IMG/VR virus record: IMGVR_UViG_3300021062_000019
Span: 1-53,828 of that record
Length of the DNA stretch: 53,828 nucleotides
Reading direction: 5' to 3' (one strand)
From: a virus
Lineage: Duplodnaviria > Caudoviricetes
Shown here one piece after another: positions 1 through 10,400 of this stretch. Each line of letters begins with the position of its first letter. Position 1 is the first letter of the stretch. The notes below the pieces were generated by a model. The model did not search any database. It had not been told where the DNA came from and worked only from the letters and a program-made list of their open reading frames with translations. Both the position numbers and the translations under genes were made by a program.

Positions 1-115
1 CCCTAGTAAACCTCCATTGACTACCCTAGTAAACCCAGATTTACCACCTAGTCAACCAAAGATTACTACCCCTAGTAAACCTCCATTGACTACCCTAGTA
101 AACCCAGATTTACCC
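1..115 (+). repeat. Iteron-like direct repeats (probable replication origin) inside the initiator gene
   Basis: CCCTAGTAAACC at 1, 24, 70 and 93, with a degenerate copy CCTAGTCAACC at 47 (about 23-bp period). Bases 1-45 are repeated exactly at 70-114. An A-rich tract follows at ~125-185. Confidence 0.8.
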
Positions 116-676
116 AAACCATGTAAGAGTAAAGAAGAAGAAATAAGAAAAGAAGAAAAAGAAATAAATAAAGAAAAAGAAGAAATCAGCGAGCAACCTT
201 CGGTTGTCGCTTCATCAATTTCTGATTTTTCAAATTCTTTTTCTGAACAAAAAGAAACTATTGAAAACCCAGTAGAAGAAAAAGCACAACCAGAAAAAAG
301 CACAGCCAAACCTAAACAGCGAAAAGAAAAAACTCCATTAACTACACTTCCTAGGCCATTTAACCTGACTCCAGCAATGCAGGAATGGGCTAAGTCAAGA
401 TGTCCTTTGGTTGATGCAAAACACGAAACAGAAAAGTTTGTTAATTGGGCTTTGTCTAACGCAATCAAAAAAGCTGATTGGGATGCAACTTGGAAAAATT
501 GGCTAATACGAACACAAGAAGGACTAGAAACAAAAACGCCTATAACTGTCAAACCAAAAACAGAAACTCCAAAGCCGACAAATTCAAAATGGAAAAAACC
601 TTATTGCAATTCTGTTGAGGAGATGGAAAGACGAGAAAAACTTGCTGGTGAATGTAAAGAAACAACCACAACATAA
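2..676 (+). CDS. Phage replication initiator, 5'-truncated (lambda O-like organisation)
   Basis: Frame is open from the window edge and contains iterons. C-terminal motif EKFVNW...KKADWDATWKNWL is typical of phage initiators. Lies directly upstream of DnaB. Confidence 0.75.
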   Translation, partial: PSKPPLTTLVNPDLPPSQPKITTPSKPPLTTLVNPDLPKPCKSKEEEIRKEEKEINKEKEEISEQPSVVASSISDFSNSFSEQKETIENPVEEKAQPEKSTAKPKQRKEKTPLTTLPRPFNLTPAMQEWAKSRCPLVDAKHETEKFVNWALSNAIKKADWDATWKNWLIRTQEGLETKTPITVKPKTETPKPTNSKWKKPYCNSVEEMERREKLAGECKETTTT

Positions 677-688
677 GGAGCTAAAGAG

Positions 689-2041
689 ATGAGTAAAAAA
701 GAAAAAGACACTAACGAAGCATATCAAGAAGTAGTTGAAATACCTAGCGATCCTGAGGCAGAAAAATATTTGCTTGGAAATTTACTCTTTGATCCTAAGC
801 TACTCCTAGAAGTTTTGGGAAAGCTAAAGTCAGATGATTTTTATCTTACTGCACATAGACGAATATTTGATGCTTTTGTAGATTTGCACAATGAAGGTGC
901 AATTATAGATATTCTAGCCATTCCGGCTAAGTTAAAAGAGCAGGGAGTTTTAGAGTCTGTCGGTGGAAGTGCTTATATTGCAAGCTTGCTAGATTCAGGA
1001 CTTGGGCTTGTTAGTCTAAGTCGTTGCATCCAAAAGATTAAAGAAGCTTCTTTAAGACGTAAAACTTTAAGATCTACTAACTTTCTTACTAGTCTAATTA
1101 CTGATAAATCTTTGGAATGGCGAGAAATTCTTAATGAAATTAATAAAACTGTTGAAATTGCTAATGAGGTTACTGCTGAGCGAGCTTTACCTAAACTAAT
1201 TGATTTAGCTTTTAATCGTTTAAGTTTTGTTGAAGAGTTGGCTAGACGTGGCAATGAGTTAATCGGTGTTACTACTGGATATAGAGCTTTGGATAGGTTA
1301 ACCCTAGGATTACAAAACTCAGATCTGATCGTTGTAGGTGCCCGTCCTGGTTGTGGTAAAAGTGCCTTGGCTCTGAATATCGCTACTAATGCAGCAGCAA
1401 AAGGAAAATCTATTGCTTTCTTTTCTTTGGAAATGTCAGCAGCACAATTGACTGATAGACTATTATGCTCAATTGCTCATGTAGATCTTCATACTTACAA
1501 AAGTGGTTATTTAAACCGTGAAGAATGGACTAGGCTGAATGAGGCTTTATCTACCATTCAAGATTACAAAATCACTATTGTTGATAGTACTGAGCTAACA
1601 CCCACCACCTTAAGATCAGAATGTCTAAGAATCAAAAAGCAACTTGGTTTGGATTTAATAGTTGTTGATTATCTTCAATTGATGCAAGCAGATAATCCTA
1701 AGAAAGAGAGATACCAAGAAATCGGGCAAATCAGCCGTGGTTTAAAACGTGTAGCCAAAGATCTTAATCTTCCTATCCTTGCACTAGCCCAAATTAGCCG
1801 CGAGGTAGAAAAACGTGGAGATTCTAAACCAAAACTTTCTGATTTAAGAGAAGGTGGTGATATTGAGCAAGATAGTGATGTAGTTTGGTTCCTTCATCAA
1901 CCAGCAATAGATCCAGATGTCGCCGAGGATAGTTACCCAACAGTTAGCCTATTAATAGAAAAACACCGCAATGGCCCCACAGGAAAAGTAGATTTTGTTT
2001 TCCTAAAAGAATTTACTCGCTTTGAATTGAAGGAGAGTTAA
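689..2041 (+). CDS. dnaB: Replicative DNA helicase, DnaB family
   Basis: Walker A GARPGCGKS, FSLEM, VVDYLQL, AQISR, SDLREGGDIEQDSD, KHRNGPTG. Confidence 0.97.
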   Translation: MSKKEKDTNEAYQEVVEIPSDPEAEKYLLGNLLFDPKLLLEVLGKLKSDDFYLTAHRRIFDAFVDLHNEGAIIDILAIPAKLKEQGVLESVGGSAYIASLLDSGLGLVSLSRCIQKIKEASLRRKTLRSTNFLTSLITDKSLEWREILNEINKTVEIANEVTAERALPKLIDLAFNRLSFVEELARRGNELIGVTTGYRALDRLTLGLQNSDLIVVGARPGCGKSALALNIATNAAAKGKSIAFFSLEMSAAQLTDRLLCSIAHVDLHTYKSGYLNREEWTRLNEALSTIQDYKITIVDSTELTPTTLRSECLRIKKQLGLDLIVVDYLQLMQADNPKKERYQEIGQISRGLKRVAKDLNLPILALAQISREVEKRGDSKPKLSDLREGGDIEQDSDVVWFLHQPAIDPDVAEDSYPTVSLLIEKHRNGPTGKVDFVFLKEFTRFELKES

Positions 2042-2045
2042 TAGA

Positions 2046-2258
2046 ATGAAAATTATTAAGAAGTTTGGCGATTGGGCAGTAACTGATTTAGGAGTTGATC
2101 ATATAGGTGATCCATCTTATGAGATTGATAAAGAGTGTTTGTTGACTGTTGATTGGGTTAACCACATGAAGGTTAAACGGTGGGTAAATATAAACAATTT
2201 TACCAGGGCTTTTAACTTCGCTTTGAAATATCACTGCAATGTAAAAGAGGCTGCGTAA
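2046..2258 (+). CDS. Hypothetical protein
   Basis: 70-aa ORF tightly packed after dnaB and coupled to the next ORF. Confidence 0.6.
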   Translation: MKIIKKFGDWAVTDLGVDHIGDPSYEIDKECLLTVDWVNHMKVKRWVNINNFTRAFNFALKYHCNVKEAA

Positions 2259-2755
2259 TGAACCAAGAACGGAACCAACAAAATTGCACCTACTGCAATG
2301 CTCCAATCAGTCAACCTCACCAGCAGGAGTTGCACGAGCAAACACCGTGTGTGTTGAGGCAGGAGATAGCTAAGCAGGCAACGATTATAGAGGCATTGTT
2401 AGGGTTACTAGAGAGCGCGAATAGCAAGAGGCTGGAGCTGCAGAGCGAGGTAAATAACTTCCTTACCTTTGGCCAAGGAGGAGCAAATTTTAACGAATCT
2501 CAGTTAATTGCTGAGATAGCAAAACTAGAAATGCAGCTTGCTCAAGCTAAAACAAAAGGCAATTGTAATTTTTGCAACGGCACTGGCTCTTACTCGATAC
2601 CAGAAAAATCTAGCTATCCAGCTATGTATGGTGAGGAGGAGATAGATTTGCTTGGCTCTCCTGGGGATGGTGAATATAAACACGAGCTGCTGAGCCAACC
2701 AAACGCAACGCTAAGGGTAGAGAAGGTAGTAAAGGCAAGCGAGGAGGATAATTAG
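2258..2755 (+). CDS. Hypothetical protein with CxxC and CxxCxGxG motifs and coiled coil
   Basis: CTYC and CNFCNGTG motifs; start overlaps the upstream stop. Confidence 0.65.
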   Translation: MNQERNQQNCTYCNAPISQPHQQELHEQTPCVLRQEIAKQATIIEALLGLLESANSKRLELQSEVNNFLTFGQGGANFNESQLIAEIAKLEMQLAQAKTKGNCNFCNGTGSYSIPEKSSYPAMYGEEEIDLLGSPGDGEYKHELLSQPNATLRVEKVVKASEEDN

Positions 2756-2761
2756 TCACGA

Positions 2762-2980
2762 ATGAAACAACTTACGAATAGAGAACTAGAGGTATTGAAA
2801 TTGATTGCTGATGGGTATACTCACGAGGAGGCAGGAGAGAGATTAAATATTTCTGCCAAAACTGTTAACGCACATATAACTAGTATTACTCATAAGCTAA
2901 ACATTTATGGTGTGGCCAACCTAACTAAATACGCTATATCTATTGGTATTACTACATTAGACGTAGTTTCTAGAACTTAA
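2762..2980 (+). CDS. Stand-alone LuxR/NarL-type HTH regulator, candidate late-gene regulator
   Basis: LTNRELEVLKLIADG...LNISAKTVNAH...KL matches the LuxR C-terminal HTH pattern. No N-terminal domain. Confidence 0.9.
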   Translation: MKQLTNRELEVLKLIADGYTHEEAGERLNISAKTVNAHITSITHKLNIYGVANLTKYAISIGITTLDVVSRT

Positions 2981-3189
2981 TTTCTAGGACTAAGTAACTA
3001 TTGACAACCATTAGAAAAATGTGAATTAATTTCTATAATCACTCTATTTGCATAGATAAGATATTGCTTTACGCCCATAGCTCCAGGGGGAGCATAACCC
3101 AAAAGGTTATCAATCACTTATACGGCGTAGCTATCTCCAAAACTTCACAATCCAATCAATATCTAATCAATTACACTTAACGTTTCACG

Positions 3190-3558
3190 ATGAAAACCAA
3201 ATCAAAAGCAATTATTAAAGTCGTTAAATCTATTAAAAATACATTCTTACTTCGTCTTGCTTCCAACTTTGAACTAACTCTAAGTTACACTGAATATCAT
3301 GCATTGCTTAATTGTGAGGCTGAACTAGTTGAGCGAGTAAAAGATAAACTAGTTACCGAGCAAGATGGTAGCTTAACCAGAACAGCAGTGTTAAAGCTTA
3401 AAAATCCTTTGAATGCTTATTGTACGGCATATCATCAGCATACAGGTGTAGTGATAAAAGTACTAGAAGAGTTTTGCAGTTGGGCAAGTGATGATGTAGC
3501 TAGTGCTTTACGCTCTCATATAGGCACAATGATAAGAAAATTTGGTAAGGCTGCTTAG
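3190..3558 (+). CDS. Hypothetical protein
   Basis: 122-aa ORF ahead of the packaging genes. Confidence 0.6.
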   Translation: MKTKSKAIIKVVKSIKNTFLLRLASNFELTLSYTEYHALLNCEAELVERVKDKLVTEQDGSLTRTAVLKLKNPLNAYCTAYHQHTGVVIKVLEEFCSWASDDVASALRSHIGTMIRKFGKAA

Positions 3559-3606
3559 GAGGAGAGAGTCGGATAAGGTCGGGTCAGTTTCGCTAGGTTT
3601 CGTAAA

Positions 3607-4320
3607 ATGGCAGCAAATAAATTATCAGGTATTGCAAAAATAAGAGCCAAAGAAATTATTACTAGCGTATTTCTGTTTAATGGTGATGAGCAGACAGCTA
3701 TAGATCGTGTGTATCAAGAGCTTGGTGTTCAACTTAGCGAACGTCAGATTCAGTACTATTTTACCGATATAAAAAAACCTATCCAAGAAAACCAAGAACA
3801 GCAAGCCCAAGAAGCACTAGAAGAAATCAGGCAAAAAGAATTAAAGAAGCTCGACTACTTAGAGCTAGAAGTTATTCAGCAATGGCATAGAAGTAAACAA
3901 AACGCTGAAAGTATAACAGTTGAAAGTGTTGGGGTTGATGTAGATGAATTAAACCAACTCAAAAAAGACTTACCACAGGATGATAAATTTGCTGATGATC
4001 CTCGTAATCCTGACCCAACTCTAAAAGAAGATCTTAAAGTCCAGGTCAAAACCAAAGAGAAAAGAAAATCATCTGGCCGTATTGCAGAGCCTCGCTACAT
4101 TAAACTTCTTGTCGAAATACAAGCAAGACGCGCTCAACTGCTTGGCTTGGACAAAAAGGATGATCGCCTAGATTGGCGAGAACAGCTAAGAAAAGCTGGT
4201 TTAGACGAAACAACAATCAATGCAATTGAATATCAACTTACAGAACTTATCTCAAAGTATATTGCCGGGCTTAATAACGGCAACAATACCCAAAGCCAAG
4301 AAAACGGCTACGTCTCTTAG
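3607..4320 (+). CDS. Terminase small subunit (putative)
   Basis: Position before TerL; N-terminal HTH-like segment; RRAQLLGLD motif seen in TerS-like proteins. Confidence 0.7.
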   Translation: MAANKLSGIAKIRAKEIITSVFLFNGDEQTAIDRVYQELGVQLSERQIQYYFTDIKKPIQENQEQQAQEALEEIRQKELKKLDYLELEVIQQWHRSKQNAESITVESVGVDVDELNQLKKDLPQDDKFADDPRNPDPTLKEDLKVQVKTKEKRKSSGRIAEPRYIKLLVEIQARRAQLLGLDKKDDRLDWREQLRKAGLDETTINAIEYQLTELISKYIAGLNNGNNTQSQENGYVS

Positions 4321-5581
4321 ATTAAACGCTGAGCATAAGTATACACCTTATGGCATAGCAGCTAAGATCCAAGATCTTGATGTACCTGAATTATTGGTTT
4401 CTGGCCCAGCAGGCACAGGCAAGAGTCGTGCTTGCTTAGAGAAGCTTCACACAATTTGCCAAGATAATGCTGGAGTTAGATGTTTAATTGTTCGTAAAAC
4501 TCGTGAGAGTTTAAGTGAGAGTGCTTTATTTACTTTTGAAGAACATGTTTTAGGCCCAAGTCATCCCCTAAAGGATGGAACAAAAAGACGTATCAGGCAG
4601 GTTTATCATTATCCCAATGGTAGTGAAATTGTTGTTGGTGGGATGGATAAATACTCCAAGATTATGTCTACGGAGTTCGATTTAATTTATGTTCAAGAAG
4701 CTACTGAGTTAGAAAAAACGGATTGGGAGGCTTTAACTACTCGTCTTAGGAATGGCAAGTATCACTACCAGCAACTAATAGCTGATTGTAATCCTGAAGC
4801 TCCAGGACATTGGTTAAAAGTTCGTTGTGATTCTGGCAGAACATTACTACTAGATAGCGATCATAAAGATAATCCTGTTCTTTGGGATCAAGAAAAACAG
4901 GAGTGGACTAAAAAAGGTAAAGCTTATATAGCCAAGCTAGACGCTCTAACAGGTGCAGAAAAAGATAGGCTCCGTTATGGTAAATGGGTTCAAGGTACTG
5001 GTGTTGTTTACTCTGAATGGGTAGATAAGCCGGATGATCCTGATAATAGTAATGTAACCTATAACGCTGAGTATGATCCTAACCTTGATGTTTATTGGAC
5101 TGTAGACAATGGATACTCAGGAGAAGAAGACGAAAACGGGGACTTTACTCCTGATTCTCACCCATTAGCAATTTTGTTCTATCACCTGCTCGATAATGGC
5201 GATATGCTTATTTTTGATGAACTGTACAGGATTAGGTTACAACCAGAAGAAGTAATTAGGGAAGCGTTACACACTAAGCCTTATCCAAAACCACGCCAAG
5301 CAATAGTTGATAAAAGTGCAGCAGCATTAAAGGATCGCTTATATGACGATTTCGGTATTTATTATATTAGCAGTCAAGGTTTTGTCGATGAAGGCATTAA
5401 AAAAACTAGATCTTGGATTAAGCCTGATCAGAATGGACACAGAAGGTTAAAAGTGAATCCTAGGTGTAGACACCTCAGAAAAGAATTTGTCAGTTACGTT
5501 TATGGCAAAGATGGCAAACCAAAGAAGGCAAACGATCACGGCCCAGATATTGTTAGATATGCTTGTGTAGAACATAGTTAA
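4220..5581 (+). CDS. terL: Terminase large subunit (PBSX-like)
   Basis: Walker A SGPAGTGKS, Walker B LIYVQE, DCNP coupling motif, C-terminal nuclease motif NDHGPDIVRY. Exact start uncertain because of a 101-bp overlap with TerS. Confidence 0.93.
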   Translation: MQLNINLQNLSQSILPGLITATIPKAKKTATSLRLNAEHKYTPYGIAAKIQDLDVPELLVSGPAGTGKSRACLEKLHTICQDNAGVRCLIVRKTRESLSESALFTFEEHVLGPSHPLKDGTKRRIRQVYHYPNGSEIVVGGMDKYSKIMSTEFDLIYVQEATELEKTDWEALTTRLRNGKYHYQQLIADCNPEAPGHWLKVRCDSGRTLLLDSDHKDNPVLWDQEKQEWTKKGKAYIAKLDALTGAEKDRLRYGKWVQGTGVVYSEWVDKPDDPDNSNVTYNAEYDPNLDVYWTVDNGYSGEEDENGDFTPDSHPLAILFYHLLDNGDMLIFDELYRIRLQPEEVIREALHTKPYPKPRQAIVDKSAAALKDRLYDDFGIYYISSQGFVDEGIKKTRSWIKPDQNGHRRLKVNPRCRHLRKEFVSYVYGKDGKPKKANDHGPDIVRYACVEHS

Positions 5582-5598
5582 TAAAGGAAATAAAACAA

Positions 5599-5946
5599 AT
5601 GGCAAAGAAATCACATGAAGAAAAAGCAGATAAAGAAACTCCTACTACTTCAGAAAATGCTCAAGCGGCTGAAGCTCCAGCAGATAAGCAAGTGGCAGAA
5701 CTTATTAATCAAGCTATTACTGATGCTGCAATAGGTAACGATAAGCTTTATTTTATTAAAGATAAGAAGGTTATTGAAAAAAATAAGTACGGGAAAGAGA
5801 CAGAGTTATTTGATTTTAACACTCTTGATCCTGCTCCTGAGTCAGTAACTGTTGAAGGATTTTATTTAAACAAATTAGTTTTCCTTATGGATGGGAAATT
5901 AGTTTATTTGACAGAACGTTCAACCCTCGGATTATTAGCTGAATAG
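5599..5946 (+). CDS. Hypothetical protein
   Basis: ORF with SD (AAGGA) between terL and portal. Confidence 0.7.
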   Translation: MAKKSHEEKADKETPTTSENAQAAEAPADKQVAELINQAITDAAIGNDKLYFIKDKKVIEKNKYGKETELFDFNTLDPAPESVTVEGFYLNKLVFLMDGKLVYLTERSTLGLLAE

Positions 5947-5950
5947 CCAA

Positions 5951-7441
5951 ATGTCTTTTCTATCTAAGTTTCAAAATATCCCAATAGTAAAACGTGCTGC
6001 TAATGTCTACAATACTTTTATAGGCAGTAATGAAGCTGCTACTACACCCCAAGGCACTCCAGCTAAGACAGGAGAGACTCATCCTTTGGTTGGGTTTAGT
6101 GATCCTTCTCCTTCACAGCACCAAGTTAATTTTAGTTACAACACACCACAGCAACGGGTTAGGAAAAATATTGAACTAGATGTAATGATTGCCTTAAACG
6201 TTGAACTGAAAACGGCATTAAAGAATTTAGCTTATGATGCTGCTGGGACGTTTCAAGGTATTAGGGTTGTTAGTGCTGTAAATAAACCTTTAACTCAAAA
6301 GGTTGTAGATGATTTTGTTAAACGAACAAAACTAAAAAGATACTTAGCAGAGATTTTTAGACGTTGCTTATTGTATGGCAATGGCTTTCCACAGCACGAA
6401 ATAAAAAGGATTTCTAATACTAAAGCTCAGATTAATCAATTATTTTGGATGCCCGTTTATGGAATGATCCGTTGTAGTAACGAGCTAGACCAGTTTGAGA
6501 ATGTAGACGAGGCGTATCAATTACCTGATTTATCTTTAGGTGTTTGGCAGAAAAACTCTAACGTAAAATTGCCTGTATGGGCAATTAACCATATCAGGTT
6601 TTTTAATCTACCAGGAGAGCCTTACGGTTTTTCTTTGTTTGAATCCAATTTAGCTAGTAAAACGAGCCAGCAATTAGTTGATTTGTTAGTTGAATTATAT
6701 TGGCAAAGAAAATACAGCACTGTTACCGATATACACTTATTACAAGGCCCTGAAAATAGACCTGCAAATGATGAGCTATTGCGCAACCATGAGAGCAAAA
6801 TATCTAAGCTAAGAAGAATTATATTAGGGCAAGCTCCTCTTAGAGATCTTGTAATGGCCACAGGTTCTGTTAATCGTTTACCTTCTGATGCCAATACAGA
6901 TAAAACAAAAGACATTGAACTTCGCGCAGCAATCTCCCTAGCAGAAGCCCACCAATCTAGACAAATGATTTCTGATGATCAGTTTGCTAATGTTGGAGTG
7001 TTAGTAGAAAAGTACAGACAATTTTACAACCGACAAGAAACCCATCTGCAAATGATGATCGGTGAACTTGATGAGTCTGTACAGTTTGAGTTAGCTCTTA
7101 ATGGTATTGATCCTGGAGATGTAGAACTAGAATATCAGGTCGCACAAACCTTTTTGTTTCAAGATCTTGTAGTAGCTAACCAAGAGGCTAGAAATGATTT
7201 AGATAAAGGGTATATTACCAAAGACACCAAAATCAAAATAGGCTCAATGCTTTATCGTGTAAGCGCGAAAAGTGAAACCGAGAAACTTGCTCAAGAACAG
7301 AAAGCTAAGGAAATCACAGAGCAAAATCAATCCGATGATGTTCGTAGAGTCGTTGAAAACAAGCTTGAGAAAACCGATATACAATCTCGCCCAGTGGCTT
7401 TAACAGAAGTTGACCCAATAGAATCCCAGCAAATCAATTAA
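5951..7441 (+). CDS. Portal protein
   Basis: Position and size; LLYGNGF and HIRF...PYGFSLFE motifs typical of portals. Confidence 0.8.
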   Translation: MSFLSKFQNIPIVKRAANVYNTFIGSNEAATTPQGTPAKTGETHPLVGFSDPSPSQHQVNFSYNTPQQRVRKNIELDVMIALNVELKTALKNLAYDAAGTFQGIRVVSAVNKPLTQKVVDDFVKRTKLKRYLAEIFRRCLLYGNGFPQHEIKRISNTKAQINQLFWMPVYGMIRCSNELDQFENVDEAYQLPDLSLGVWQKNSNVKLPVWAINHIRFFNLPGEPYGFSLFESNLASKTSQQLVDLLVELYWQRKYSTVTDIHLLQGPENRPANDELLRNHESKISKLRRIILGQAPLRDLVMATGSVNRLPSDANTDKTKDIELRAAISLAEAHQSRQMISDDQFANVGVLVEKYRQFYNRQETHLQMMIGELDESVQFELALNGIDPGDVELEYQVAQTFLFQDLVVANQEARNDLDKGYITKDTKIKIGSMLYRVSAKSETEKLAQEQKAKEITEQNQSDDVRRVVENKLEKTDIQSRPVALTEVDPIESQQIN

Positions 7442-7448
7442 TGATCAA

Positions 7449-10400
7449 ATGTATAAATTAAAAGAATTTGAACCTATATTCTTGGAGTATAAGCTCAGAC
7501 AAGATGATACTGCCAAAGAAGAGGATAAACTTGTCTCTGTCCTATATGAGGTTACACGTGCTGATACCCCTATGGTTGATGGGGAGTCTCTTACATGGGA
7601 TTCAATGGTGGAAGCTTGTGAAGCTTGCCAGCAGGATATCCTCGATGGAGCAATGTTTGGTTACCTTGGGCACCAGCCAAAAGTTTTTGATCAATTTGGT
7701 AATCCAGTAGGTTTTTATCCTGATCCAGAAAAGCGTTTATTTAAGGCTTCTTCTATGTGGCCTGACTACGAAGAAAAGAGGATTTTATCTTGGGCAGACT
7801 ATCTAGATAATTTCTTAGGCAGACAAGAGTCTAAGAAGATTAGGCAACAGGGTTTTAGGCCAAAAGTCTCGATGACTTCCTTTGTAAGTCCTAGCTCTAA
7901 GGGAGATGGGGTTTATGATGTAACCCGCATTGTTAATTTTGATCAAGTTGCAGTTCCTAATATGCGCTCTGCTGTAATGCTTCGCTTTAACTCTTCTCCA
8001 GAAGTAGAAGCAAAGTACAGAAAAGATTTAGAGAAATATTACCTAGAACAATCTAACCACAAAGCAAAACAAGATCCTCTAAACTCTCAACAAACGAAAC
8101 TTATTAAACCAAAATATTTCAATAGCTTATCGCCAGATCTTAAAAATAACTCTCGATCTGGCAAATTTATTTTTTGTCAAAATTCATCCAGAACGGGAGA
8201 TAATAAAATGAAACTAAATTTTCAATCAAAGTTTATGCAGAATAAGCTTGCCCAGTACTCTGCCATTCTCTCTTTAGAGGCAGTCTACGGCATGGCTTTA
8301 GGTGGCTGGCTAACTCAAGAGGGACTAATCGCGCTCAAGTATTGGTGCGATACACTGCAAGAGTTAATGGAAGGGGGCAAAGCTGCTAGTACTAGTGTTA
8401 GTACCGATGCAACTGATGCAGAGATTTCCACAGAAGCAACTATGATTGCTACTGATGCCAGAGAATTAAATAAGGCGATTGTTGAGCTTAATAAGACCTA
8501 TGATCAAAAGAAGAAGGACAACGCTCCGAACTTCATTGATATGGTTAAACAGCATTCAACTATTCAAGCAACAGAAAAAGAGAATTCTGCTATTACTGTT
8601 TTAGCTAACCAAATGTCAGAACTAACTAAAATTGTTGGTACTTTGGTAACTGATGGTCGTCCAAAAGTAGAGGAAAAACCAAAAGAAGAGAAGCCAAAAG
8701 ACGATAAGCCTACATTAGTTACTGATTCTAGAGAAGATATTGAAAAATATATTGATAGTTTATTGGCAAACGATGTTATTAAGTTTGGTGATTTGAATTA
8801 TCAGAGAGCGTCTTTTGCAAAGAAAGATGTTGAGCTAATCCGTCAAAACAGTTTACTTGCCGACAGTAAAGCCAATGCTGAGAAATCATTAGCTAATGGC
8901 TTCGCTCTTCTTTCACAACACAACGCACAAAACTTTTTAAATGGCAAAGGTTTTGATATTAACAATTCTGATTTGAAGCCTAAAGGAAGTACAACAACTG
9001 TGGAAGCAAACACCAAATCTAGATACGATCAATTCCAAGAAGCTTACTTAGATAACGTCGCTAAGCATGATTATGGTAAGGCTAAGCAAATTCGTCAGAA
9101 TATGGCTAGTGCAGCATATCAGGAAAAAGTTAAACCCATTAAACAGATGGCATTAAAAAATGCTGAAAATGAGTTAAAACGTATTGCTGAATATGCGAGT
9201 GCAAAAGGTTTACGTACAGATGGCGTTTTTGATCAAGGTGGCGTTCACGGTGCAGTCGATAGGGTTTTAGATTTATTACCAAAAGGATCTGGCAATAGAA
9301 TGATGGCTCTACGTACTGATGCAGCAGCTCCAGCCGTTGTTGATAGTACTGTAAATGTAATGTTGCCTATCCTCTCATTGGTAAGTAGATTAGCACCAGT
9401 TGAAGACTTAGATATATTGCTTACCTGTTACTCTGGTTTGGGTTCAGACTCTCTAGATTCTACTCCTCCAATCGGTTCACCCGCTTTTGGTCGTACTTTT
9501 GCTTTTACTCAAGATTATCCTGCTGTTGCAACAGGCGATAATGACGATCCTGATAATTTAGAGTTACTTGTAACTACCCAAGGCAAGAACAAATTACAAG
9601 AAATTTCTTCTAAAAACAAACGTGAAGAGTTCGTAGCACATGATTATGGGGCTACAGTCAGATTGGCTCGCCAACATATGGTAGCCCTAATGGAAATTAA
9701 CTATGATTTAGCGGCTAATCAAATTAGGCGTGCTACTGAAAAAATGACTCGTGATCAAGTTACAAGAGGATTACGAGCTTTATTTAGACGCGCTGGAGAT
9801 GCTAATGCTAAGGCCAGAACAGATACAGTAGCAAACGTTGCTCCAAATGGTTCACAAGCAGCAGGATCGCTTACCTATATTGGAGAATATAAACAACGCT
9901 CTGGTGCAAACGTAGCAATTAATTTAGCAGGTAAAACCTTTGGTGGTACAGCTTCTAATATTGATGCAGTTGTTCGGGTAATTGGTGGTCAAACTAGTAA
10001 TACCGCGATAAAGAATGTACCTTTAGCAAGTTTTCGCACTGAATATTCAGCATTGAAAAACGGCGATCTTGATACAGTAAAATACAATGAGATTACCGTT
10101 GTTATTAATTCTGTTGATATTAGCGAGCATAGAGGACGCATTGCAACAGACTCTAATGGTGTAACCTATATAGCACAGCGTTTAGGTGGGTCTGCAACTC
10201 CAAAATGGGCAGAAGATGAGGATGGTTTTATTTGTTTAGCTGCTGGTGCTGGTCAAGGTAGTAATCCAACAAGTCCACAAATTGTCGTAACCTACTATGA
10301 ATTAACAAATTGCATTTGGCAAAAAATCGATTCTGGTACAGACGATCAACAAAAGTTCTGGAGAGAGTACATTTATAACATTGCTGATCAGAATAGTATA

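Noticed and set aside
1-115. Possible CRISPR mini-array
   Set aside because: The intervening segments are about 11 bp and themselves repeat, the array is inside an open frame, and no cas genes are present. It fits iterons.
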